Assembly (NCBI GenBank): GCA_036263915.1
Contig: DATASD010000005.1
Location: 75,059 to 139,058, forward strand
Length of the DNA stretch: 64,000 bases
Reading direction: 5' to 3'
Origin: Candidatus Saccharimonadales bacterium
GTDB taxonomy: Bacteria > Patescibacteriota > Saccharimonadia > Saccharimonadales > UBA4665
Shown here: positions 46,767-55,558 of the stretch, piece after piece
Position numbering within the stretch: position 1 is the stretch's first letter
Layout: each line of letters begins with the position of its first letter
The notes under the pieces: generated by a model
The model's input: the letters and a program-made list of their open reading frames with translations, nothing else
What the model was told of the DNA's origin: nothing
Databases searched by the model: none
Position numbers and translations under genes: made by a program

Positions 46767-48707
46767 TATGTGGTCAACCTTGGCAAGGTCGAGTACGGTG
46801 TTTACAAGTTCGGCGTGGCTCCATACTAGTGGCAATACCGAAAGCGGCGAGCCGCTCGTGGGATCGACTTGTTCGCTAAGCATGCCGCTCGCAATGGCGT
46901 GGTCAAGCGTCCAATCAACGTATTGGTGAGCTTTATCAATCTGATTATTGCGTACGTAGTACTGACTGAGCCATAGCGTTGTCACGAACCAAGGATTGCC
47001 AAGGTATGCCGGGTCCGAACCGAAGTAGTGATCGTATTCATAGCGTGGGCAGCCACCGGCCGGCGTTTTATCGAGCAGTGTGCTTTCAATGGTATGCAAC
47101 GTCTGTTTTATGAGGTCGCTACTTAGGTGATGGAGCGAGAACATCATCGGTCCGAACAGGCTAGAGACGTCGAGTGTATTGTCGAATGCCAGCGAACCGT
47201 CTTCTTGCAGTAAAAATCCTTTACGGAACGCACCGCGCTGCTTGTCGAAGAATACTTCGACATTGGCAAGAATATCTGCCGCCGCATCACGCCAATGCAC
47301 GCCATCATCGGGGTATTCGAAAATATCCGCAAAATCCGCGGCAACGAGAAGCGCCTGATACACCGTAGCGGTTGTGTAGGTCGATGTCAGGAATTTTTCC
47401 TCCCACAGATCGTAGCTGGCATGGGGCAATTTGGTCTGCTCGTCGACAAAGCTGGCCATGAAATTCGCTGCCGGCTGAATGAACGTAGTATAGAGCGTAG
47501 AAATAAAATCTTGGTCGTGTGAACGATCATAGTACTCGCCGAGCATATACAGCACAATTGCTGTTTCGTCTTCCTGAATCGCCAGCTCTTTGTGATTTCC
47601 GTGGAGTAGCGGATGCCAGGTGCTGCCGATAGCCCGATCGGGCTGGTATTTGTGCATAAGGTAACCGTCGGGTGTGAGGATGTCGCGGCAAAATTCGAAG
47701 AAGCGCCGTGGCTCTTCTTGGTAGCCCAGACGAATGAGCGGCCACATAGCAAACGCCCCATCGCGCGGCCAGACATAGCTATAATAATCACGACCGAAGT
47801 TATAGATCGAAGAATCGCATGACGCGATAATACCACCGCGCTTATCAGTGTGCACTTTAATGGTCATCAACGATTTTTTGACTGGCTCGAGGTATTTTTT
47901 ATCAAGGGTATGCAATTGATTCACCGCAGTTATGAGCCATTCGTGCCAATATTCGCGTGTGAGTTCCAGGCGGTGCTCCAAGCCTTCTGATCGAAATTGA
48001 TGGTGAATTTTCTCAGCCGAAAATTGCGAATCAGCGGCGATAATCCAATAGTCGAGCTGCATGGTTGCGCCACCGCTGAGGCTGCAAGGGAATCGAATCA
48101 CCGAATCCACACCACCATGCTCTACGGCATTGCCCGACAGCTCGCCGTCTTCAGCGTCTCGAAAAGTGCCTTCTTTGCCTTCAATACCGTAAATGCCAAT
48201 GGCGAATTGGTCATACACCGTGCCTTCGCTACTTTGACCATACACAAGCAGGCTACAGCGACCTTTATAATCAAGAATGTAATTCTCCTCGGGCACGAAT
48301 AGTGCAGTATCAGCACGACCGGCACGCGAAATTTGAAAGACTTGGTGCATAAAGATACGAACATTTTTGTACTGGTCCGACAAATTATTCACCGTAATAC
48401 GTCGGCAAAAGGCATTGAAATCACTGTCGACAAAATCGTTAAATAGCAACTCGACCTGAAAGCGGTCACTTTGCATGCGAATAATGCTTACCATCGCATC
48501 AGACTCAAAGCTTACCGAAATATTCCAGCTGCCGTCGTCAACCCAGCTAAATTGGCCATCCACCCAAACGCCAACTTTGTGGTGCATACTACGCGCGTTG
48601 GTAAGGTTGTCGAGCCCCACGTACGGATAGTAAAAATCATGTACCATCCCTTGCTCGTTCAAGCCAACGGTTAGGCTGCCATTGCCAAGCATCACCGGTC
48701 GCCCCAT
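46764..48707 (-). CDS. glycoside hydrolase family 15 (glucoamylase/glucodextranase-like)
   Basis: MGRPVMLGNGSLTVGLNEQGMVHDFYYPYVG (typical bacterial/archaeal GH15 N-terminus), YSYVWPRDGAF, and a C-terminal (alpha/alpha)6-type block ...LSEQVDP.TG.PLSV.PL.WSHA. The start at 48707 follows the upstream gene's stop. The track start at 49013 overlaps it. Confidence 0.8.
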   Translation of the reverse strand: MGRPVMLGNGSLTVGLNEQGMVHDFYYPYVGLDNLTNARSMHHKVGVWVDGQFSWVDDGSWNISVSFESDAMVSIIRMQSDRFQVELLFNDFVDSDFNAFCRRITVNNLSDQYKNVRIFMHQVFQISRAGRADTALFVPEENYILDYKGRCSLLVYGQSSEGTVYDQFAIGIYGIEGKEGTFRDAEDGELSGNAVEHGGVDSVIRFPCSLSGGATMQLDYWIIAADSQFSAEKIHHQFRSEGLEHRLELTREYWHEWLITAVNQLHTLDKKYLEPVKKSLMTIKVHTDKRGGIIASCDSSIYNFGRDYYSYVWPRDGAFAMWPLIRLGYQEEPRRFFEFCRDILTPDGYLMHKYQPDRAIGSTWHPLLHGNHKELAIQEDETAIVLYMLGEYYDRSHDQDFISTLYTTFIQPAANFMASFVDEQTKLPHASYDLWEEKFLTSTYTTATVYQALLVAADFADIFEYPDDGVHWRDAAADILANVEVFFDKQRGAFRKGFLLQEDGSLAFDNTLDVSSLFGPMMFSLHHLSSDLIKQTLHTIESTLLDKTPAGGCPRYEYDHYFGSDPAYLGNPWFVTTLWLSQYYVRNNQIDKAHQYVDWTLDHAIASGMLSEQVDPTSGSPLSVLPLVWSHAELVNTVLDLAKVDHI

Positions 48708-48709
48708 AG

Positions 48710-49918
48710 CTATACCCTTACTCCTTTCTCGATCAGACGCGCGCGCAGATCGTGATAAGCATTCATGAACGCAATACATGCATCGTACGGGTTTTCGTAA
48801 GGGCTGAAGTAGGCATGGATGTCGCCGTCGTTGAACCATTTGGTGCACATGTAGTAGAAATGGTCGGAGGTTTGCAAGCGGCGCCAATCTTCGATGAGCG
48901 CTCCATCGTTGGTAGAAAGAATTTTTTCTTGCAGCGCGTACAAACCGGTAATCGCTGATGTTTGCATGCTGTTGCCGAGCCACGCACTGAGGTCGCGCTC
49001 GGTATCGGCCCAAGTAATCGTCTGCGGTACATCTATGTGATCACGTGGCTCGAACGCATCGATCGCATCAGAAACCGTCATGAAGGTGTGGCCGTTTGTT
49101 CTGAGCCACTCACGTGGGAGTTCGCGCAAAAAGTCAAAGATGCCCGAATCGCTCCACTGGTGCTCGCCGAACGTTTCGTAATCCATAAACAGGTTAAAGT
49201 TGGTAGCGTCGCCGGCTTCACTCAGCCAATGAGCAAATTTGTCGGCAGTGAGGGGCCATTCGCTCCAGTCGCGGTCGCCAAAGCGAAAGGCGATATCATC
49301 GCTCAAGCGATAATTTTTCATAAGCAAGCGAATATTGTCGGTATATGCTGGCTGGTATACATAGTTCGGGCTGCGCCAATCCAGTACTTTGTCCCAGCCT
49401 TCGGCCAAGATGCCTTTGTAGCCGGCTTTGTCAGCCCACCAGGCGACATCGTTGTTGTAGGCCAGCTCGGTATTGCGGAATACCTTCGGCGTTTGTCCGA
49501 ATACAGCCTGCACTTTTTCGCGGTGCATAGCTACTTGAGCTTCAAATTCTTCGCGAGAATAAAAGAACGCCAGGCTATGATGATATGTTTCGGCTACTAT
49601 TTCGACGCGCCCGGTACGTGTGAGTGCTTTGAATGATTCGAGTGCCTCAGGAGCCCAGCGCTCTAACTGTTCGATTACCGTACCAGTAATTGATAAGCTG
49701 AGCTTGAATTCCGGATGCGCGTTAAGCAGATCTAACAGATGGCGGTTGGTCGGCAGGTATGACTTTTCGGCCACTTTGTGGATAATGCGCTCGTTGCTTG
49801 TGCGGTCGTCGTATGCCGCATCAAAATAGTCATGATGTACGCCGGCATCGAAGATGGTGTAGTGACGTACGCGGTACGGTTGATGCACGTGCAAGTAGAG
49901 GACGATGGCTTTGGTCAT
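48710..49918 (-). CDS. glycoside hydrolase family 57 (alpha-amylase/branching-enzyme-like)
   Basis: LYLHVHQPYR N-terminal signature, E.V.ETYHH and DYETFGEH blocks. Confidence 0.75.
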   Translation of the reverse strand: MTKAIVLYLHVHQPYRVRHYTIFDAGVHHDYFDAAYDDRTSNERIIHKVAEKSYLPTNRHLLDLLNAHPEFKLSLSITGTVIEQLERWAPEALESFKALTRTGRVEIVAETYHHSLAFFYSREEFEAQVAMHREKVQAVFGQTPKVFRNTELAYNNDVAWWADKAGYKGILAEGWDKVLDWRSPNYVYQPAYTDNIRLLMKNYRLSDDIAFRFGDRDWSEWPLTADKFAHWLSEAGDATNFNLFMDYETFGEHQWSDSGIFDFLRELPREWLRTNGHTFMTVSDAIDAFEPRDHIDVPQTITWADTERDLSAWLGNSMQTSAITGLYALQEKILSTNDGALIEDWRRLQTSDHFYYMCTKWFNDGDIHAYFSPYENPYDACIAFMNAYHDLRARLIEKGVRV

Positions 49919-51126
49919 GCCGCTGCTCCTTGCACTGCACGATGGTACAAACGCTCCATTTTATCGGCAGCATCATTCCACGAAAGCTTCAGAAACTCCT
50001 GGTATGCGTTGGCATGAAGTTCGCGTCGCAACCCATCGTTTTGCATAGCTGCTACGATTTGATTCGCCATTTCCGCAGTGTCCCAAAAATCTACCTTGAG
50101 GGCGTTGCGCATAATTTCGGCGACACCTGACTGCTTGCTGATGAGCGCTGGCGTGCCATAGCCCACCGCCTCGAGAGCAGTCAAGCCAAACGGTTCGGAT
50201 ACCGATGGCATCACGAACAGATCGGCGATAGCATATGAATCGCGCCAGCGTTTGCCACGTTGAAAGCCCACAAATATAACATTTCCCGCGATGCCCAAAT
50301 CGGCGGCGAGTTGGATAAGCTCAAAATATTGGTCGCCGCTTCCAACGATCAAGAACATCGTTTTAGGGACCCGAGCCACGACTTCTTTGGCTGCGTGTAA
50401 AAAGTTTGTAAGTCCTTTTTGGACCGTAAGACGGCCAACGTTGGTCACTACTTTGTATCCCTGTTTCTTGAGCATTGCAAGATAGTGGTAAGCGTTGCCA
50501 GTATCGAGCGGCGTAACCTCGGCGGCATTAATGCTGTTGTGAACGACCTCGATTTTATTAGCAGGAATCGCATATTCACGCACAATGGCGTCTTTGGTTT
50601 GCTGACTCACCGCAATGACGCGGTCAGCCACAAGCATCGCCGTACTTTCGATTTCGCGCACCAACGGATTGCCGCCATGCTTTTGGCCCGAACGGTCGGC
50701 CTCTATCGAGTGCACATGGACAATCAGTGGACAGTTATGGCGTTGCTTGGCGCGCAGAGCAGCCCGAAACGTCAGCCAATCGTGAGCATGGATAACGTCA
50801 AACTCGCGGCTCTCGACGAGTTTGGCTACTGCGTGTTCATATAATTGCTGCTGCCCATAAATGTCAGCTGACACTTCGTGCCCATCTTCGTACACATATT
50901 TGTAACTATCGTAGGCGATACCAGATGCAACCACCGCTTTTACCCCTTGCGGATGTGCCGCGGTGACTTTCATAAAAGAAATGTTATGCTCGGCTTTGTA
51001 GGGAAGGATAAATTCGATGTCGACTTGTTTTTGAGCCAGCGCCTTACAGAGCTCATAGCATGCTACGCCAAGCCCACCACTATTGTTGGGAGGTAGCTCC
51101 CAGCCAAGCATCAGTATCCTCATCAC
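49915..51126 (-). CDS. GT-B glycosyltransferase, glycogen/alpha-glucan synthase-like
   Basis: MRILMLGWELPP.NSGGLGVAC N-terminus, the PS.SEPFGLTALEA block (E-x7-E region), and a 4-nt overlap with the GH57 gene. Confidence 0.75.
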   Translation of the reverse strand: MMRILMLGWELPPNNSGGLGVACYELCKALAQKQVDIEFILPYKAEHNISFMKVTAAHPQGVKAVVASGIAYDSYKYVYEDGHEVSADIYGQQQLYEHAVAKLVESREFDVIHAHDWLTFRAALRAKQRHNCPLIVHVHSIEADRSGQKHGGNPLVREIESTAMLVADRVIAVSQQTKDAIVREYAIPANKIEVVHNSINAAEVTPLDTGNAYHYLAMLKKQGYKVVTNVGRLTVQKGLTNFLHAAKEVVARVPKTMFLIVGSGDQYFELIQLAADLGIAGNVIFVGFQRGKRWRDSYAIADLFVMPSVSEPFGLTALEAVGYGTPALISKQSGVAEIMRNALKVDFWDTAEMANQIVAAMQNDGLRRELHANAYQEFLKLSWNDAADKMERLYHRAVQGAAA

Positions 51127-51235
51127 CCTCTATAAATCGTTTATGGTTGCTATGCCCGATTATAGTCAGGAACGGCGGTAAGCACAAGTCCAATCGCGCA
51201 TAGCTTTTTGGGTAAAAAGTTGGTATGGTAGGGTA

Positions 51236-51946
51236 ATGGTTTATACGCCAACTCGTCGGCAGGTTGCCGTATGGTGCGGCAGCGCAGCGATCATTGCTCT
51301 CCTGTTCAACAACTGGCTGTTGCAACCGTTACTAAATCCAGCGTTGTCTTTAAATCATGCGGTAATTAGCGAGATCAGTGCTCGAACCCAACCCTATCAT
51401 TGGGTTTTCCAGACGCTTGATATCGCTGCTGGCGCCCTCACGTTGTTATGTCTGCCATATATGCTGCGCTTTGCGAGGCAGGTAAAATTACCTCTCTACG
51501 GACTACTCGTTGGCATGGTTGCACTGCTCGGCATCGATTCAATCTTGGATGCGTCGCTTGCCATCAGTTGCGCACCAACGATCGATCTGCATTGTAGTCT
51601 AACCAATTCACACTCGCTTATCACCGAGGCACATATGGTCGAGAGTACCACGACCGGCCTTGCAACACTGGTTGCGCCCGTTGTGTGGTGGTGGGCCTGC
51701 CGCCAGCGCGGCGTACGACTGCTCGCACAGATGAGTGTCTGGTTTGTTGGGTTGCAAGCGCTTGTTGGTCTGAGCATCCTTGGCTCGCGGGCAATAGGGG
51801 TCGATATAGTCGGGACAGCGCAGCGCCTCTACGAGTTAGGTGTTGGCGCATGGATCGGCGCGATTGGCGGGTTAAGCACCGCATCACGAGTTCTATCCGT
51901 CCGCCGCCCAATCCCCAATGAAACACTTGCACCAGAGACGGAGTGA
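51236..51946 (+). CDS. integral membrane protein (about 6 hydrophobic segments), function unknown
   Basis: Alternating hydrophobic stretches throughout (AAIIALLFNNWLL, AAGALTLLCLPYML, LLVGMVALLGI, LATLVAPVVWWWA, VWFVGLQALVGLSIL, VGAWIGAIGGL). Confidence 0.6.
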   Translation: MVYTPTRRQVAVWCGSAAIIALLFNNWLLQPLLNPALSLNHAVISEISARTQPYHWVFQTLDIAAGALTLLCLPYMLRFARQVKLPLYGLLVGMVALLGIDSILDASLAISCAPTIDLHCSLTNSHSLITEAHMVESTTTGLATLVAPVVWWWACRQRGVRLLAQMSVWFVGLQALVGLSILGSRAIGVDIVGTAQRLYELGVGAWIGAIGGLSTASRVLSVRRPIPNETLAPETE

Positions 51947-51957
51947 GTATATAGCAC

Positions 51958-53562
51958 CTACTCTGCGCCCTGCTGATTTCTACGATCTATATGAGATTGA
52001 ATTATCTCGTGGCCTCTGTCACTCCAGGCATCGTGGTAGTATTTGTCCACGAATGCAAATTGCTCGGGCGAAGCATCATAAAAAGATAGCGGTTTGTTAA
52101 GATACTGTGCTACGGCATCACACAGGTCTTCGCGCGCAATAAGATCTTTGTGCTCTTGTTGTTCGCGGTTCATCCTTCCATAAGCTGTCGTGGCAACATC
52201 GTTCGCACTATAAACGCTCTCCCATTCACGAAGCACTGCGATCGGCATACGCTCATTGTGCACGTGATGCGTCAATTCATGATCAAGTGCGCTATTTATT
52301 TTATCGTACAGTTCTTGACGTTGCTCTTTGAGTGTTGCTTCACCTACATGACCTTCGGACGCATTAATCTTGGCAAATTTCTCAAGCGGCACATTGATCT
52401 TAATCACTCTTTCTCCGGTCGCATAATCGCCACTCATTACCGCTACCCGTCCATCTGCTAAGACCTGAGGCTCGGCGATCCCGTCAACGAATTCAATAGC
52501 CGCAATCCCTTGAGTAAATTCACCAGGATGACGGATAAACCGGGTAGCAACCCAGGTCTCTGGATCGGCAATGCCCACCTCTTGCAACAAGTCAAAACCA
52601 CGAACTTTAATTCGATCAGTCTCGGTGCACCGTGTTGCATCAACCTGTTCGTCGTGCTCCCGCTGCAACTCCTCGGCCTTTTGCTCAGCAGCATGAGCCA
52701 ACGCCCGGACCGTCGGGTCTGTCGCAACAACAGGGCTTTCCTGGGTATGCTTTATCAAGTATTCAGCATTCGCAACAGTGTCATGGGGTAGTAATCCTTC
52801 TGTGTCCCTCTCGCGATCAGGCGACAGGTACTTTCGTATGTCAGCAGACTTACTATACCAATCATGGAACGCTTCGTCGGCACCTGGCGTGGGCTGCCAA
52901 TCTTCAGGAACCACAGCGGTTGCATCCGGCGACTGAAGGACATAGCCATGACGGGCAAAGGAATCCTTCACTTTGTGTACAGAAGTGCTTGCCTCCGTAG
53001 TCGTACGATAATCAAGCTCTGTGTAATCGGTGCCGCATACGATCATAACGCCACCAACTTCTGCCTGCAGGTCACCAGCAACGTATCCATCAACGACGCC
53101 GCGCCAATTGGTTATTGCATTGAGGTCGGAAAGATCACGGTCTAGCTGTTCGGGCGCTAGCTTATTCGCGACGGCAGCGAGGCCTTTTGCTTCTGCAACC
53201 CGTTGCTGCAACGCATCAATGACGTGCGAATCAATATCCGGGCGAGCCTCTTTGATTGCTCGCAAGGAAACTTCGCTAATTTCTAGGCCATCTGTACTAA
53301 TTGGCAGGTCTGCAATGCTTGCTTCGGCTATCTCGAGCGCCTCTTCATCGAGAGTATCTTGGAAGCTACCGAGCGCTTTATTGGTATCGTCTATGCGCCG
53401 CAAGACTTTCGGCAATTGATTGGGCGACGATTCAGGCGTTGCCGGCTCTGTGATTTCAATGTGTTCGGCTGGTGGTGTGTAGGCAGCCGGCGTTTCGGGC
53501 GTGGTAAACGCATCATATACATTAGGCAACTCGGACATGTTTCCACCGATCAGCTCTTTCAT
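51958..53562 (-). CDS. hypothetical 534-aa protein with an HExxH zinc-metallopeptidase-like motif near the C-terminus
   Basis: LDHELTHHVH (HELTH). Pro/Glu/Thr-rich N-terminus (TPETPAAYTPPAEHIEITEPATPESSPNQLP). No signal peptide or TM segment is seen. Confidence 0.55.
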   Translation of the reverse strand: MKELIGGNMSELPNVYDAFTTPETPAAYTPPAEHIEITEPATPESSPNQLPKVLRRIDDTNKALGSFQDTLDEEALEIAEASIADLPISTDGLEISEVSLRAIKEARPDIDSHVIDALQQRVAEAKGLAAVANKLAPEQLDRDLSDLNAITNWRGVVDGYVAGDLQAEVGGVMIVCGTDYTELDYRTTTEASTSVHKVKDSFARHGYVLQSPDATAVVPEDWQPTPGADEAFHDWYSKSADIRKYLSPDRERDTEGLLPHDTVANAEYLIKHTQESPVVATDPTVRALAHAAEQKAEELQREHDEQVDATRCTETDRIKVRGFDLLQEVGIADPETWVATRFIRHPGEFTQGIAAIEFVDGIAEPQVLADGRVAVMSGDYATGERVIKINVPLEKFAKINASEGHVGEATLKEQRQELYDKINSALDHELTHHVHNERMPIAVLREWESVYSANDVATTAYGRMNREQQEHKDLIAREDLCDAVAQYLNKPLSFYDASPEQFAFVDKYYHDAWSDRGHEIIQSHIDRRNQQGAE

Positions 53563-53601
53563 ATTTTATATTATATAACAATTCATGTATTATTTCAATG
53601 T

Positions 53602-53609
53602 TCCGTTCC
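53602..53609. repeat. left copy of the 8-bp target-site duplication TCCGTTCC
   Basis: Identical octamer immediately outside each terminal inverted repeat (53602-53609 and 56315-56322). Confidence 0.85.
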
Positions 53610-53636
53610 GGCACTCCTCCCCCTACACCAAGTACA
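53610..53636. repeat. left terminal inverted repeat (27 bp) GGCACTCCTCCCCCTACACCAAGTACA
   Basis: The reverse complement of 56288-56314 is GGCATTCCTCCCCCTACACCAAGTACA, which matches at 26/27 positions. Confidence 0.85.
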
Positions 53637-53849
53637 GTATAGGAGTAATCATTAGTTTGTTGTAAATTCCACTTTATATACAAGACTTGATCAACTTTTG
53701 GCACTTAGATATAGTGAGTGCTAGTAGTCGAGGAGGAATCTGTAACACCGACGAACACTAACAACTTGTTACCCATAAAAGAGTATCTATAAGCGCTAGT
53801 GGTCTCACGTTACAGAGCCACTATCGCCTACAGGTACTTTTTAATTTTT

Positions 53850-53938
53850 GGAGGGTTGCAGGAGCGGTTTAACTGGACCGTCTGTAAAACGGATTTTCCT
53901 TAGCGGAAACGTGGGTTCGAATCCCACACCCTCCGCCA
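53850..53938 (+). tRNA. class II tRNA with anticodon GTA (Tyr) but discriminator G73 (Ser-like body)
   Basis: Manual fold. Acceptor GGAGGGT/ACCCTCC, 3-bp D stem CAG/CTG, anticodon arm ACCGT-CTGTAAA-ACGGA (27:43 A:A mismatch), long variable arm TTTCC-TTAGC-GGAAA, perfect T arm GTGGG-TTCGAAT-CCCAC, then G + CCA. Confidence 0.6.
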
Positions 53939-53953
53939 CTCCAGTTCTTATAT

Positions 53954-53995
53954 AAATAATCCCCGAATGTAATGAGCTTCGGGGATTATTTATTT
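53954..53995 (+). terminator. strong Rho-independent terminator after the cargo tRNA
   Basis: AAATAATCCCCGAA / 10-nt loop / TTCGGGGATTATTT, followed by ATTT. Confidence 0.7.
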
Positions 53996-54079
53996 CCTTA
54001 GCGGTTCAATCGGTGATGATTGATACTTCAATCATATATTGATACACGCGCGACTGTCAATATACGCTGCAAACAAGCA

Positions 54080-54215
54080 TGGTATAATAGTATTTGTCTA
54101 AGCAGGTAGCAGCCTTTTATTTACATTTGAGAATGGGCAACCCCTCTCGAAAGTAGTGGATGTAAATCTGCTATCGGCTTAGACAACCTCAGAGACGGGG
54201 TTGTCCTTTTTTATT
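54080..54215 (+). promoter_or_regulatory. extended -10 promoter plus structured ~125-nt leader with a terminator/antiterminator (riboswitch-like, class unknown)
   Basis: TGgTATAAT at 54080-54088. Closing helix TTGTCTAAGC (54094-54103) / GCTTAGACAA (54177-54186). Inner helices AGCAG/CTGCT and ATTTACAT/ATGTAAAT. Terminator GACAACC (54182-54188) / GGTTGTC (54199-54205) plus T-run. CAACCCC (54138-54144) can alternatively pair with GGGGTTG (54197-54203). Confidence 0.5.
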
Positions 54216-54234
54216 TTTAAAGACTGGAGATATC

Positions 54235-54420
54235 ATGTCTGTACAAGTGCCCTGGTATAAACGACGGTTACCTGGAAAAGTTCTCTTACCACTATCAATT
54301 ATATGTTTCGCGTTGTGTAGATTTGTACCATTCCTAATAATTCTTGCTCTTATGCTATTAGGATTTGCAATCGTAGCACCATTTCAGAATCGAAAACGAA
54401 ATAAACGGTTTGTAAGATGA
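54235..54420 (+). CDS. small membrane protein (61 aa, about 2 TM)
   Basis: GGAGA RBS at 54226-54230. Hydrophobic core LLPLSIICFALCRFVPFLIILALMLLGFAIVAPF with a basic C-terminus. Confidence 0.5.
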   Translation: MSVQVPWYKRRLPGKVLLPLSIICFALCRFVPFLIILALMLLGFAIVAPFQNRKRNKRFVR

Positions 54421-54620
54421 GGATAGTTCGTGATGTCATCTTATCGTTCTTCGCAGGAGGAGCGTTATTTTTAATCGTAGGAGCGTTAGCCGATATATTG
54501 CCAACTCTTATGCGTAGGGCTCATTCCTTACCGCTTGTAGGTATATGGGTGATCTACCTTATCATTGGTGGCTGTATCGTGAGTGCATATAATCGTTTTT
54601 CACCTAAAAAAGAAGAGTAA
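54417..54620 (+). CDS. small membrane protein (67 aa, about 2 TM)
   Basis: ATGA overlap with the previous ORF. Hydrophobic segments VILSFFAGGALFLIVGALADIL and LVGIWVIYLIIGGCIV. Confidence 0.5.
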   Translation: MRIVRDVILSFFAGGALFLIVGALADILPTLMRRAHSLPLVGIWVIYLIIGGCIVSAYNRFSPKKEE

Positions 54621-54687
54621 TCGCTTAGTCTACTTGACAGAATCCTCCTAGTATGATACTATGTACCTAGTTTAGAGAAACAAAAAC

Positions 54688-55557
54688 GTGAAGTACACCG
54701 TACGAAATCTACGGGAGGACTTTCCAGATGAAGATGCGTGCCTTTTGTGGCTCGTAGAGTATCTTTTTCCGGATGGTATTACCTGTAAAATCTGTCAGAA
54801 AATAACCAAACATTACAAGGTCACCGGACGAAAAGCCTACGCCTGTAGTCGCTGTGGTCACCACGTGCATCCGACTGCCGGTACGATCTTTCATAAGTCA
54901 CGGACACCGTTAAGCCTGTGGTATCACGCGTTCTACCTTATGAGCACTAATAAGGCGGGGACGAGCGCAGCGCAGCTTCAGCGAGAGATTGGCGTGACGT
55001 ATAAATGTGCTTGGCGCATGATGCATCAGATACGTACCCTTATGAATACTGACAGACAGCTTTCTGGTGAGGTTGAGGTAGATGAAACGTATGTTCATGC
55101 GAACGTTTACAAACGAAGTACCGCCCAGAAACGCTACGGACGAACTGGTCAGCGAGCCGGACAAGTTCTTTTCGGAGCCGTAGAACGTGGTGGCCGAGTC
55201 AGGATATGGCACGTGAAGTCAGCTGGTGCTCGAGTACTACAGCCGCTGATCCGTAAGAACGTCAAAGAAGGTACTCTCATCCATACGGACGGATATAGAG
55301 CTTATCGGAGATTGCCCCAAATGGGTTTTGGTCATCGCTGGACCGATCACGGTCGCGGTGAATACTATACTGAGGACAGCTACACGCAGAATATTGAGAA
55401 TGTCTGGTCGCACTTCAAGCGGGGTATTAAGGGAGTGTACCGTCACGTCGATAACAAGTATCTACAAGCCTATGCGAATGAATACGCTTGGCGCTACAGC
55501 AACCGGAAGAAACCAAGTATGTTTTGGAGTTTGATGTGCCAAATATCTATATCTTAG
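54688..55557 (+). CDS. IS1595-family transposase (Zn-ribbon + DDE domain)
   Basis: N-terminal C..C...C..C zinc ribbon (CKICQK...CSRCGH), helix-turn-helix-like SAAQLQREIGVTYKCAWRMMHQIR, VEVDETYV, HTDGYRAY, and NIENVWSHFKRGIKGVYRHV..KYLQAYANEYAWRYSNR. Confidence 0.9.
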   Translation: MKYTVRNLREDFPDEDACLLWLVEYLFPDGITCKICQKITKHYKVTGRKAYACSRCGHHVHPTAGTIFHKSRTPLSLWYHAFYLMSTNKAGTSAAQLQREIGVTYKCAWRMMHQIRTLMNTDRQLSGEVEVDETYVHANVYKRSTAQKRYGRTGQRAGQVLFGAVERGGRVRIWHVKSAGARVLQPLIRKNVKEGTLIHTDGYRAYRRLPQMGFGHRWTDHGRGEYYTEDSYTQNIENVWSHFKRGIKGVYRHVDNKYLQAYANEYAWRYSNRKKPSMFWSLMCQISIS

Positions 55558-55558
55558 T

